The translations under genes were made by a program, and so were the position numbers. Below the pieces are notes generated by a model. That model did no database searches. It was given only the letters and a program-made list of their open reading frames with translations, and was not told where the DNA came from. A stretch of 63,899 nucleotides of DNA, counting the filler, from Bigelowiella natans CCMP2755 (taxonomy: Eukaryota; Protista; Cercozoa): assembly GCA_000320545.1 (NCBI GenBank). It is 9 parts of 9 records of this genome, joined end to end, with 100 filler letters (N's around TTAATTAATTAA, not from the genome) between each part and the next. Parts side by side here need not be neighbours in the genome. Positions count along the whole stretch, not along the records: positions 9,862 to 33,637 come from ADNK01002773.1; 8 more parts are not named here. One strand, written 5' to 3'. Shown piece by piece: positions 13,646 to 25,408 of the stretch (position 1 is the stretch's first letter; the number at the start of each line of letters is the position of its first letter).

Positions 13646-15925
13646 ACGCACACACAAACGCGCGCGTCATTATCATCCTAATAATAGCACCGCCATTGCC
13701 CGTCCTCATAATGGTCACCTTTTACATCAATTCTTTACTCTCAGCTTTCGAGATCTTCGGACGCTCTGAAGAGGTTCTTCTCTCTATTTTCCCTCCCCCC
13801 CCCCCCTCTCCCCCCCCCTGTTTGCCACAACCTCCTATCACATCAAATGCAAACACAATTTTGTCGTCAAAACACCGTCAGAACGGCGTGGAGGTTACGT
13901 TTGTCGCTGATGTCATCAATTCGAAGCTGGCTGGGGACGGCAAGGCCGCTGCGACACGGATGTATGTGAGCAATAGTGGCGCGTTTACATCCACGCGTGT
14001 AGCCTACGCACATCATCAACACAGATTGTTGGTAGATGTTGCGAATATGGTCGAAAATGTATCGAGTCTTTATCTAAACTCAAAGTATCTATCTAGTCAT
14101 TATCGGCCTCGATGCTGGATGACATCTCTCTCTTTCGCCTAAAGCTCAGTTGTTGTGTTGTTCTCCGCTCCTCCTCCCTTCCTTCCCCCTCCCCCCCCCC
14201 TGTTCCGCCACCCATCTCGCCATCGGAAGATACGAGGTGGAGGCGCGCGTCCTCGACGCCGGGTCTTACAATCTGTCTGTCATCTACCGCAAGCTGCACG
14301 GGAACTACCGGGTAGGGGATTGTGCTGCTGCTGCTGCTGCTCTGCCTCTGCCTCTGCTTCGGTGCTTCTTGCATTCGTCTGTTCTCGCAACATCAGCATG
14401 AAAACATACTCACATGCCGCGGATGCTTGAGTCAATGCTTTAATGAGCAATTTACAGGGAGAGGAGGGTGGGGTCACGTATAGACTATCAAGCACGGTGT
14501 AATCGATTTTGTGATGAATCTTTCCCTGCAGCCCTCGGCGAAGGCCGCCAAGGCAATACAGACGAGAGATAATAAAGACAACCCAGGAAGGTGGCTCGAG
14601 CTGGTAATAGCCAACAACAACAACAACGACGATACGACGATGACGATGAGGACAATGCAATAGAATTCAGAGATATAGGCATCATAATAACAATGCTAAT
14701 GGCTCTAGAGCAGCTTTCGCTGAGTCTTAGATACAGCGGCAGTCTGCGTCGGTCACGATGTTTCTGGTGCGCGGAATGATCCTCATAATTTGCGCCACCG
14801 CGACTTTCACTTTTTCCATCCTCCTTTCTTAACGGCAAGTTCTTCTTGCATATGCGGATTCGTTAGGTGCCTCGCGAGGAATTGCGGTTTCTGGAGATAC
14901 ACAACGACTACATCTATAAAGATCACCTGATGCTGAAAGTCCCTCCGTCAAGCAGTTGAGTGCTTAGATTGCGTAGATGCCCGCGGTATTGCATTTGTAC
15001 GCAAACTGTCAAAAGATAGCGAGCACGCACACGTACACGCACACGCGTAAGCGCACACACACGCTCATCGTTGTTTATAGAATGCACGCGCAGAACGCTA
15101 AATCGTCGCTATTTATGACAGACTTCCGCTCCCCAGAATCTCTTCCTTTTTGCCCAAATGGTCTCTAACAACTATAGATCGATGCATGCTATTAGTGAGT
15201 GCGTATAGGCCTTTCTTTACGTTATATATATATATATATATATATATTATATTATATTTATATATTTATAGAGAGATATGGGTGGGGAGGGAAGGGGAAC
15301 TGAAAAGGAGCTATATAGATAAAGGAACGAGTACTAAACCTTCCCCCCTCTTCCCTCCCCCCCCCCCCCTCCCCCTTCTTTTTCTTCAACCAGTGACTCG
15401 AATAGCTTCCTTCGGCCGGACGGTGAGATCTAGGTGAGGCATTCGCTCGAATAAAAAAGCGTCACATTTCTCTCTACCTCCATCTACCCAACGACAGCAT
15501 GCACGCAAACCAAACGACGCGCTGGCCGTTTTCCCCCTCTGACTCGACCCCAACCCCTCCCCCCCCCCAAAATCTCTAACATCGTATATCCCACCAGCAC
15601 ATTTCTCGGTGCTCACTAACATCGTCGCTGTTTGTTGGGGATCGCGTGGTGTAGGTACATTCCGGCCAACTGCAAGCCTATAGTATTCGGGAAAGCTCAC
15701 GACGAGGTCAAAACACGCACCCTGGCCGGTTATCCTGCCCCAGAAGCGATTAGCGACGCTCTTGACTTTCGCCGCTGCCGGCCGTTGTTTGCTTTTGGGG
15801 GGTTGTGTGTGCGCAGGGGTGGGCAAGTCTTCCAGAGGGCATACAGCTGCACTTCCTGGGTAGGTTTCGTCCCTCCTCGTCATCGATGTCGCTTTTTTAT
15901 AAATCCAAAACAAAATTTCTTCTCC

Positions 15926-15962
<37 letters not shown>

Positions 15963-16166
15963 TATGTATATATTATACATACATATACATGTTTTATGGG
16001 AAAATGTGTCTTTATAATTTTTTACCCATCGGGGGAGAAGGAGGAACGACGAGAGGGGACGGGGGGGGGGGGGAGGGGGATTTACTTAGCCAGGCAATGG
16101 AAATATAGAGAAAGTAGTTATAGAAGTCTTTTTGAAAGTAATACAAAGGCCAGAACTTTTTCCTCT

Positions 16167-16211
<45 letters not shown>

Positions 16212-16453
16212 TCTTTCTCTCTCCTTTCCTTACATTCTCTCTCTTCTTCTTCTTCTCATTCTTCTTCTTCTTCTTCTTCGTCTTCTTCTATACTCGTCGC
16301 GCGCCATTCTCCAAGGTGACTCGAATTACCAGCACCTTTCAGGAAGTCTGCAAGCGGTACTACTTCCCCGCCCACCACCAGCGGCATGCCAACGGGGACG
16401 CGACCCACAAAATTAATCAAAACCTCCCAACCATCATCATCGCCATCATCATC

Positions 16454-16497
<44 letters not shown>

Positions 16498-17136
16498 ATC
16501 TCTCAGCTCACGATTCGCGTCGTACTCTTTTTGGTCATATTCTCATACTCCCACTCCCCTCTCTCTCTACCTGCAGTACTCGCCGGCCCTTCTTTATGAC
16601 AAGAGAGGGGCGAAGGCCATTGACAAAGCGAAGAACTCCACGGTGTGCATATCGCAGCGTCTTGTTCTTCGTTTTCATCATCATCATCATCATCATCGTA
16701 ATCATCGCCATTGTCGTCATCATCGTCGTCGCTTGAATTGACTCCTCGTCCTCTCGCTTTTGCCTTGGAGGGTTCTTTTCCCTTGCAATCGCCGCTTCTC
16801 CTAGCGATGATAGGGATGTTTAAAGCCCCTTGTTTTGGGGGGCAAGGAGGAGGAGGAGGAGGAGGAGGAGGAGGAGGAAATTGCGAGTGAATGATGATGA
16901 TGATGATGATGACGACGATGATGACGATGATGATGATGTGGTGGTGGTGATGATGCGAATGTTGTTCAATCGTATACGCTCAGTTTCAGTGGAGGTTTTT
17001 CCGGGGGATGGTAGGCGGTGACAGGATTTCCCCGTAACGAGAACTAACAATAACAGTCTGCTATATATCAAATAGAGAATCACGTGCCGATATCATTGCA
17101 TGTTATAGCATTTATGCACGCGTATTCGCATCATGA

Positions 17137-17178
<42 letters not shown>

Positions 17179-17184
17179 CTCTCA

Positions 17185-17225
<41 letters not shown>

Positions 17226-17490
17226 ACTCTCTCTCTCTCTCGTTATCCTCTCTTCGTCTCGCATCTTCTCCGTGTTCCGTGTTCGGCGCCCCCCTGTGGC
17301 TTTCTGGCCTTCTCCACTTTCGCTGTTTCGAATCGCTTATCCCGGAGCACGCGCAACAAGACGCAACCAAGATGATTCACTCACTCCCTCCTTCCGCGCA
17401 GATACATCGTGCCATCCGAGTGGCCGGAGAGCTTCCCTCCGGGAAAGAACCAGCATGACTGCAATCTGGCTCTCGAGCTGTTCCAGGTTG

Positions 17491-17536
<46 letters not shown>

Positions 17537-19139
17537 GAGAGAGAGAGAGATGTACATATAGTAAGTGTGTGTGTGTGTGTGCGCGCGCGCGCGCGGGCGT
17601 GCCCTGTACAGAGCTCCCATGTTTGTAGTGCGTGTAAAGCGCCGTCGTCCTCGTATCGTCGGCATTCATCGAAAGCGTGCGGCACGTGCATGATGCCATC
17701 TCCCTCCTCTTTTGCCCGCCAGGTGCCGCAGTGGAACGTCATCCTCATCAATAGTGGTACGAGCGTCGCCCACCAACAGCAAATGCTCACGCCCCAGCGA
17801 CAGCGAATGCTCGTTTGAAATGGAGAGACTCGCAGTGGGGAGTACCCTTCCCTCGATGCAGCTAAGCAAGCAAGCGCAGAAACAGCACTGAAAGCGAAAA
17901 GGGAGAGAGAGAGAAGGAGAGAGAGGAAGGGGGAGGGGGGGGAGCGGGAACCTTATGTAGATGGTGTGCTTGGTTCAGGCCTCTGGCCTTTGGCCTACAT
18001 GTCCTACGACTACTGTGACCGCTTCGTGGAAGGAATCCGAGGGTGGGGGCAGTAATTCGTACGAGCTGCTCCTGACGACGACAATGATGATGAAGACGAT
18101 GATGATGATGGTGGTGGTGGTGGTGATGACGATAGTGGTGATGACGATGGTGATGAGAAGGATTGGTGGTGGTGACGATGGCGTTGGCGTTGCTGCTAAT
18201 ATTAACACTGAGCAAGCGCGTAAAGACGATAGTAGCAGACAGAGAAACACACACAATCGACCAATCAGGCTGCTACAAGACTGCAATAAGAATCAAACCG
18301 CGTGGCGTCGGAATGCCAAGGTACTACACACGAACGCAACCTCCCACATTTCTCGCTTCTCATGCGACGCAATACCAATGGCAACGAGAATAACCCCTCC
18401 TACTTCCGCGGGGTCTCATCCACAGTTTTTTGCTCGCTTTTCCCCGTTTATCTCACTGCGTCTCTGTTGGAAGATATTCTGGATGGAGACGACGGCTACG
18501 CATTACCGCCCCAGCATGGACTTTTTAGACCGAAAGGTTAGTGAAACTTCCCTAGTAGTAGTGTGGCGCGGGGAGGAGTAGTGGCCGGCGTTTTTTGAAT
18601 TGCGAGAAGCAAACGCCCTCACACACAACTGCGCGCGCGCGCATTATCACCGTGCAGAGCCAGGGATGGAGAAATTCATTCAATACGAGGATCCTTAACT
18701 ACGAGAGGCAGATACGGAAGGTAGCAAGCTGTTGCGCCTCGTCCGTCCCCCCCCCCCCCCCGCCCATGGCAGAATTGCAAATGGCAAGAATGGTGATGAG
18801 AGCAGAATAGAGAGTGAAGGCGCCCAAGATGACGCTCGGATGATGGGTTTCGTTGAATCTTACATGATCACATGAGTCGTCGCAGGATTTGCTTTTTTGT
18901 TTCGGGTGGTAGCATCTAGCCCCTCTCGCATTCTCTGCTTTTGATTCTCTCTTGGAGAATGCGAGAACGCTGAGTTTTCGATCTAATACACGCAGTCAAT
19001 AGAGGGCTTGGTAGATGGCATCGTTCCTGTACACCAAATGACAAGAATACGGTCACTAGCCGCTCATATTTCACACTGATTTTTATTATGGGTTGTAGTA
19101 AATATAGAGAGGAAAGATGTATGCACTCACAAAAGCATT

Positions 19140-19233
<94 letters not shown>

Positions 19234-19250
19234 AAGGAGGCAGTATCTCG

Positions 19251-19285
<35 letters not shown>

Positions 19286-19450
19286 TGTGTGTATTTGTGT
19301 TTCCACCATTTCTCAAAGTACGGCAACAAGCAATGCTCACGTATGTAGGCAAGGCAAGCCGTGGGTGTTCAATAGGGACGAAATACACACGGTAATCTCT
19401 GATACAGTCTTTCCAGTTGTGAGCACAATAAAATGTCATATTACATCCGA

Positions 19451-19482
<32 letters not shown>

Positions 19483-19634
19483 TATATATCACTATGTCTG
19501 AGTGTGTGTGTGTGTGTGTGTGTTTGTGTAGAATGGGGCAGCATACAACGAAATCTTTGCTATGGCCCTGAATTATGTTCTCTGGTCAGTACAATTGTTT
19601 GTGCGCGCGAGTGTGTGCGAGAGAGAGAGGGATA

Positions 19635-19672
<38 letters not shown>

Positions 19673-19891
19673 GTTGTGCAAATACATGTTGCGTGCTCGG
19701 GTGAAAGTAATACTGGCGTTTTTCACTCTTCCATTACGCGCGAGCCATTCTGTACATGTGTAGAGCTCTCATGTTTTCTTCTACGGCTCCAACTGAGCAA
19801 TACAACGGCGTTCTGTAGGGCAAACCAGCACGTCACCTGGACGAACAGTGATGATGATGATAAAGGCGGATTGAAGAAAGTCATCAGGTAA
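11853..19891 (+). CDS. Multi-exon NXPE/PC-esterase-like (SGNH fold) type II membrane protein, candidate glycan O-acetyltransferase/esterase
   Basis: N-terminal signal anchor (MRDYICLFGAVAIFSMAMIY). Filamin/Ig-like exon (GRYEVEARVLDAGSYNLSVIY, about 14220-14310) and YIPANC exon. Splicing 15859/16316 gives IQLHFL-GDS-NYQHL (GDS nucleophile motif). Splicing 17756/17979 gives VILINSGLWPLAY. KIFWMETTA occurs at about 18470, and the DxxH motif (NRDEIHT) at about 19377. Checked junctions are GT-AG. Confidence 0.75.
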
Positions 19892-20998
19892 ATAATCGAG
19901 TAGAGGTTGCTCACACTTGGGCATAGGGAAGAACCCATTTCTTCCTGTGGGGTTTGCATCTATGAAGCGCCGCCACGTCAGTGCTCTTCCAGATACCATT
20001 ATTACCGTAAAACAAACGGCCATCCACGTCGCGCGAATGCAAGGATGTTGATTCATGGCAAGTTTGCATTGGGTCGTCACTCGACGCAGGGAAAATGTTC
20101 ATAACAAGCAAACTGACACTATGTAATAGCGCCACGGCTAACGGTACTGGTTGCTTGGGCAACTTCCTTGCAGCGCGAAGCGCTCGCTACAACATGCTCA
20201 CATGCGCAGGTGCTGTGAGCATGCATGCTATTTGTACTGAGGCAAGTCGGCGCGTAACATGGATATACATATATCATTATACTATAGGAGCTTATGTGGT
20301 CTAAGAAATTTCGCTTAATTTGGAATGAATTTTTTTATGCATGCTGCAAAGGTCCTTACACTTGTATACTTGCACCACTGATTTTGGCCTGTCATCATGT
20401 GCCGAACGTACAACTTCCACATAGTGTGGGCTTTTTATTCTCGCTTGCGCTTATTAGCTTGCGCACATATGCACAATAAAAAATTGCACCGCAAATACTA
20501 GCTAGCATAGGCGCTTGTACTTGCTTGCTAGCTTGCGTAAGCCACAATATAATCGCTGCATTGCACATGAGCAGCATGTCTAGCATGTGCCGCGTACTTA
20601 TTAGCTTCTAGCGTAGCTAGACTTGCGAGCCCGAGCACTTTTGCAGAATTTGATCGCATGCTAGCTGCTAGCTAGTATATTTGCGCTGCTTTGCATGTGT
20701 TCCACTCAAATAGAGCATCAGCATTAATAAATTACTTTCTAATTCTCATCTATCTGCACATAATTCATGCATGAATACGCTTACAATAATAATTTACGAA
20801 ATCTTGCAAGATCTAGAGATGCTCGATGCAGATTTTGCTGCTCCTGAGGATTGGCCAACAGCGCATGCAAATGTTCATTCACATGTAATCATATACACAC
20901 AGCGCATAAACATACACATGTTTCATGTACAAGTACAAGTGTGTATGTGGCGCGGCTTGGGAATTGTTATGTCTAGATGTATGTATGTGATAGCCTCA

Positions 20999-22891
20999 TC
21001 ATATCTCTTTCCAAGAGAATTTGGTCTCGAGGTTGCAGATCCCCTGCTGAGAGATAGGATGACCTTGCACGCAGTCCACTACTCCGGAACTTGCGTTGCA
21101 GGCGTTCCGGGCGCAAGGATTGTCTTTCAGCGAGACCGCATTGCATATTCTGCGGATTCCAGCCGATCTATCTGCGATGTAGGCATGCCCGGTGTTGTGG
21201 TCTATAGAAATGTATCTAGGATTGGTAAACAACGCGGAGGACGCCAGCCCGTCGCGCAGCCCCTGAGCAGTATTAGTGCCTGCAAGTCGTTGGACAACCC
21301 CAGTGCCGGGGTTGTAGGTGTGGATCGAATTTCCGCCGTCGGTTCCTATCACGAAATGAAAATGGTAGTACTCCAGAGAATTCGCGTTTTTGAAGACGGC
21401 GGTTGCGAGGGGGCCGTCGGTCTGCGCGTCGCTGGTTGACGCTTTTCCTCCTAGCACGGTGGCCGCCCCCGTATCGTACTTCCACTTGCGCAGGGCGCCG
21501 GCGGCGGAGGTCCGCACCAGGACGTACAAGTGCTCTTGGGCGGGGAGGAGGCCAGCTCCATTCTCCGCCATCACGGTCCTCACTTGTTGGGAGAACGTAT
21601 CGATCTCCCGCACGGCGCCGCTACCGCCGGTGGTCGACACGAAGATCTTCCCTTTCCAGACCGCAATTTTGGTTGGGAGGTGAAACTGCGCGCTGCTCAT
21701 CGGGCCGTCCCGATTAGCGGCGGTGCCATCCCCCGCAAACGTGCTTACCGCCCCACCGAGCGACTCCTCAATCACTCGTATCCGATTTTGATAGTCAGCA
21801 ATGTACAGATTCCGCGTCATGAGATCCATAGCGACGTCCCTTGGGCCCATAAAAAGTGCCCTAGCCGGCGAGCCATCCCTTAGACCTTGCTTGTTTGCCG
21901 TTCCTGCCATCGTCGTCGTTTGTAGTGAGGCCAGGTCCATCTTTCGAATGCTGTAAGCAGAAGCGATGTACAGGGTTTGCCTGTCGTCAATGAAGAGGCC
22001 GTGGGGCTCATAGACGATCGAGCTTCCAGAATGCCCGTCCTGAGCAGCCCGGACTCCAAAAGAGTTGCCGTGCGTCAGAGTTTGTACAGTTCCTGGAGTG
22101 CAAGGCCCAATGCTTCGGACGAAGAAAGGGATTGGAGGCGGCGTGGGAGGTGGCGTCGGCGACAACGTCACAACTCCCCCATTAGCATACACTTGGCTTA
22201 TTTCCGCATCGGACAGTTTTTGACCCACCACGTGCACCTCCTTCATGTGCCCAACGAATTTCTCGCTCGCCCCTACACTTCCGACCCACAGCGGTCGGTT
22301 TACTTGTAGAATCCCTCCCGTCCCCATTCCCGTTACCGTGTATTTCTTAGCCCCATTTTTGTACAGATCGAAGGAGCCCCCCGACTTGCTGTAGGCCATA
22401 CAGACGTGAGTCCACGCATTCAGCGGAAGAGACCCTGCAGTATCGAAGTTTTTTCCTTTAAATGCTGTGGTGGACTTTACGTTTATAAAGAATCGAGTTC
22501 CTCCATTCTCTCGGCCGTAGCGGAATTCAAACCCCCCCTGGCTATGGTAGCCCGTCCCCAGAAGTCCTTGATAATTCGCTGAGCTGGTGCGCTTTGTGTA
22601 GAGACACACCGTCAGATCGCCGAAAGCATAGTTCCTAAATCCGTTGACGTATAGGGGATTGCCGTTGAATATTGCATAGTTGGAGCCAGAAGCTGGCGTA
22701 GCACTGAGATGGCGAGCGTTCCCACTCATGTCTTTGTATGCATTATTAGGGAATGAACCCGTAGTAAAATAGCTTGCAAGTATCTGGCCTTCACAGCCTG
22801 GCTGGAGCTGATTCAGAGCCAACAGTAGCGCTGTCAGTATTCCTTGCGCCTTCACCATGAAGCCCCCCGTCCTGCTTCGTTCGCTACTCAT
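20999..22891 (-). CDS. Secreted LamG/concanavalin-A-like (pentraxin-like) domain + Pro linker + NHL-repeat beta-propeller protein, intronless
   Basis: 630-aa uninterrupted ORF. Signal peptide (ILTALLLALNQL), LamG_3-type motifs (DMSGNARH, DLTVCLY, LPLNAWTHVCMAY, LYKNG, FVGHMKEVHVV..KLSDAEISQVY), SPTPPPTPPP linker, NHL repeats (ALFMGPRDVAMD..NLYIAD; AQFHLPTKIAV; ALFTNPRYISID..AYIAD) and a Cys-rich tail. Confidence 0.88.
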   Translation of the reverse strand: MSSERSRTGGFMVKAQGILTALLLALNQLQPGCEGQILASYFTTGSFPNNAYKDMSGNARHLSATPASGSNYAIFNGNPLYVNGFRNYAFGDLTVCLYTKRTSSANYQGLLGTGYHSQGGFEFRYGRENGGTRFFINVKSTTAFKGKNFDTAGSLPLNAWTHVCMAYSKSGGSFDLYKNGAKKYTVTGMGTGGILQVNRPLWVGSVGASEKFVGHMKEVHVVGQKLSDAEISQVYANGGVVTLSPTPPPTPPPIPFFVRSIGPCTPGTVQTLTHGNSFGVRAAQDGHSGSSIVYEPHGLFIDDRQTLYIASAYSIRKMDLASLQTTTMAGTANKQGLRDGSPARALFMGPRDVAMDLMTRNLYIADYQNRIRVIEESLGGAVSTFAGDGTAANRDGPMSSAQFHLPTKIAVWKGKIFVSTTGGSGAVREIDTFSQQVRTVMAENGAGLLPAQEHLYVLVRTSAAGALRKWKYDTGAATVLGGKASTSDAQTDGPLATAVFKNANSLEYYHFHFVIGTDGGNSIHTYNPGTGVVQRLAGTNTAQGLRDGLASSALFTNPRYISIDHNTGHAYIADRSAGIRRICNAVSLKDNPCARNACNASSGVVDCVQGHPISQQGICNLETKFSWKEI

Positions 22892-23503
22892 GCCGTCATC
22901 CGTTTTGGCGATGAGGTACGGTCAGGAAAAGTCGCTACCTACATCGTAGACGTAGGATTAGCCACTCGTAGGTGAGATCCGGGAATTTTTGATTGTCGTC
23001 GGCTTGAATCGCCCCTGATTTTTTGAGACTCCATCGGTGAAGAGACCGTAATTTCTGTAACCGTCACAACCAACGACGATGCATGTAGATCTACGCCATA
23101 AAATTTGCACCCCCGTCCTGCCATTGCGACGTTATCATTTCTATGTCGCATGATGAGAAACCCCTCTGGGAAACTGAAAAACGTCCCCGTAGGGCTGCGA
23201 GTTGCAATGCTTCGGTGCTTAAAAATCCAACTTTGGCAGCATGCGACTGTTGTCCTACATTTTCATCGAACGACATGCAACATTCGCAGTTTCAGTTGTC
23301 AGTCTGGTTTGGCTGCGTTGTGAAAAGCGGCAGCGAATATTTCAGAAGGAATTTGGAATTTTCCGTGGCTTCGGCAGCGAGTTTTTTAGAAGGAATTTGT
23401 AACTTCGGCCTGTAGACCAAAGCCACTCAGCGCTCAACATAACCCAAAAGCCAAAACGAGCCAAGACACACACACACACACAAACACACTCGCGAAGACA
23501 AAC

Positions 23504-25408
23504 ATGACATCGCAATCGCAATGGATTTCTCAAATGATTTCGAGCTTTAATCTCAAGCCTTCGAACCCGGAGGTGAAGGCGAAACCGAGGCATCAAGGAG
23601 CTTCACACAAGTCGCTACCATGCAGGTGCCGCGACGAAGTATGCCATCATGGTGCGCAACCAAGACGACGAACGCGCCTGCGAAAATGCAAATACGGCTT
23701 GAAATGCTATACCAAAGATTGCAATTTCGCTCATCCTCAAGGCTGGGATTCCAGGTGGAGACCCGAAACTCCGACCCCACCCGAAAAACCGGCTCAGTCC
23801 AAAAATTTGATCAACGGACTTCTAACCTTTCTTACGGAGCAAAGAAGGGAGAACGATTGGAAGAAGGGCCTTGTCGGTACGCAGATGATCAAGTGCGACC
23901 AGAAGGCGCATGAAGATGCTCGGTTTGTACTGATGATTGGTGAGACAGGATCGGGAAAGTCGACTACGATCGATTCAATGATGAACTACTACTATGGTGT
24001 GGAGTTCAAGGACAAGTTTCGCTATAGAGTGGTGAAGCAGGCGAAGAATGCCGACCAGACCGCCTCTGTGACCTCAAAGATTACGCTTTACCACCTCCCG
24101 CAAGTCCCACACCAGAAAGTGAAATATCCTGTGACTATCATTGACACAATGGGCTTCGGTGATACACGTGGCCAAGACTATGATGAGAAGACCACCAAAG
24201 CAATCAAGTCTCTGGTCGATAATGATTTGGACAAGATCGACGCGATCTGCTTCACGATAACGGCTGAGAAGATAAGGCTAACACACTTCCAGGAATACAT
24301 ACATAATCATATTCTGTCGCTGTTCGCCAGGGATGTGAGCAAGAATATTTACCTACTCATCACATTCTGTGATGGCAAGAAACCTCCCGTGTTGAAGGCG
24401 ATTAAGAAGGCGAAAATCCCATACGTCAAGGACATTCGACTCAACAATTCAGGGTTCTTCACCAGGTTCGAAAAGGACGATTCTGACAATGAGGTTGAGG
24501 AGGATAATGCATTAACTACCATGTTCTGGGATATGGGCATGGCTGCTTTCGCTAAATTCTTCAAGGCTTTGGAAGACACAAAGTCCGTCTCCCTCACGAA
24601 AACCAAGATGGTGCTCAACGACCGCCAACGGTTAGAAGAGCGCATCTTATTGATAAACCAGAAAATTAACCTCGCTGTCCGTCGGCTGGAGTGCGTTGAG
24701 GACAACTTTGAGCAAATCGAGAAGCACCAACACAAAATTGACGAGAACGCCGACTTCATCATCCGAGTCGAGGTGCCAAGCTTCAAGAAAATTGACATCA
24801 GTGGAAGAGGCGTGCACACCACCACCTGCCTTGTATGCAATTACACGTGCCATAACGACTGTCACTTCTCCGATAATAATGACAAAAAGCACTGCTGTGC
24901 TATGGATGGAGGATTCTGCACGGTTTGTCCTGGGAAATGCAGTTGGGACCGCCACGTCAATGTACCGTACATAATCCAACAAACAACGGAGTTCAAGGAA
25001 GAGCCCTGCCTTTCAAAGAAGCAGCGCCATGACGCGGCGAAAAAAAACCGATCTAATGTGGAGCATGCTCTGATTGAAATGAGAAACAAATATGCGCAAG
25101 TCCAGAAAGATCTTCATGCCGATTATATGATGGCGCGCGATTTGTTGAAGAGGATCGAGGAACATGCCCTGAAGGCAAACTGCCTCGTCGAAGATCAGAT
25201 CTTTGAGAACATGATTCAGGTTGAGCAGAAGGACAGAAAGAAGGGGTACAAGAGACGCATTAGTGCCATCAAAGACACGCAAAAAAGATTTGCCACGATG
25301 CGCGACATCCAGAGCCAAGATGCAGAGACCTTCGTTCAGAAAGGGAAGCTCGAAGACATGGATCGGAGAATTATAGAGATTGTGGACAAGCACAAGGGTG
25401 GTAGCTAG
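23504..25408 (+). CDS. Septin/AIG1-like P-loop GTPase with N-terminal CCCH zinc finger, Cys-rich domain and coiled coils, intronless
   Basis: 634-aa uninterrupted ORF. G1 GETGSGKST (23939-23965), G3 DTMGFGD, G4-like ITFCD. CKYGLKCYTKDCNFAH finger (about 23687-23734). Cys/His cluster CLVCNYTCHNDC...CCAM..GFCTVCPGKCSWDRH (about 24826-24957) flanked by charged heptad-rich segments. Confidence 0.9.
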   Translation: MTSQSQWISQMISSFNLKPSNPEVKAKPRHQGASHKSLPCRCRDEVCHHGAQPRRRTRLRKCKYGLKCYTKDCNFAHPQGWDSRWRPETPTPPEKPAQSKNLINGLLTFLTEQRRENDWKKGLVGTQMIKCDQKAHEDARFVLMIGETGSGKSTTIDSMMNYYYGVEFKDKFRYRVVKQAKNADQTASVTSKITLYHLPQVPHQKVKYPVTIIDTMGFGDTRGQDYDEKTTKAIKSLVDNDLDKIDAICFTITAEKIRLTHFQEYIHNHILSLFARDVSKNIYLLITFCDGKKPPVLKAIKKAKIPYVKDIRLNNSGFFTRFEKDDSDNEVEEDNALTTMFWDMGMAAFAKFFKALEDTKSVSLTKTKMVLNDRQRLEERILLINQKINLAVRRLECVEDNFEQIEKHQHKIDENADFIIRVEVPSFKKIDISGRGVHTTTCLVCNYTCHNDCHFSDNNDKKHCCAMDGGFCTVCPGKCSWDRHVNVPYIIQQTTEFKEEPCLSKKQRHDAAKKNRSNVEHALIEMRNKYAQVQKDLHADYMMARDLLKRIEEHALKANCLVEDQIFENMIQVEQKDRKKGYKRRISAIKDTQKRFATMRDIQSQDAETFVQKGKLEDMDRRIIEIVDKHKGGS

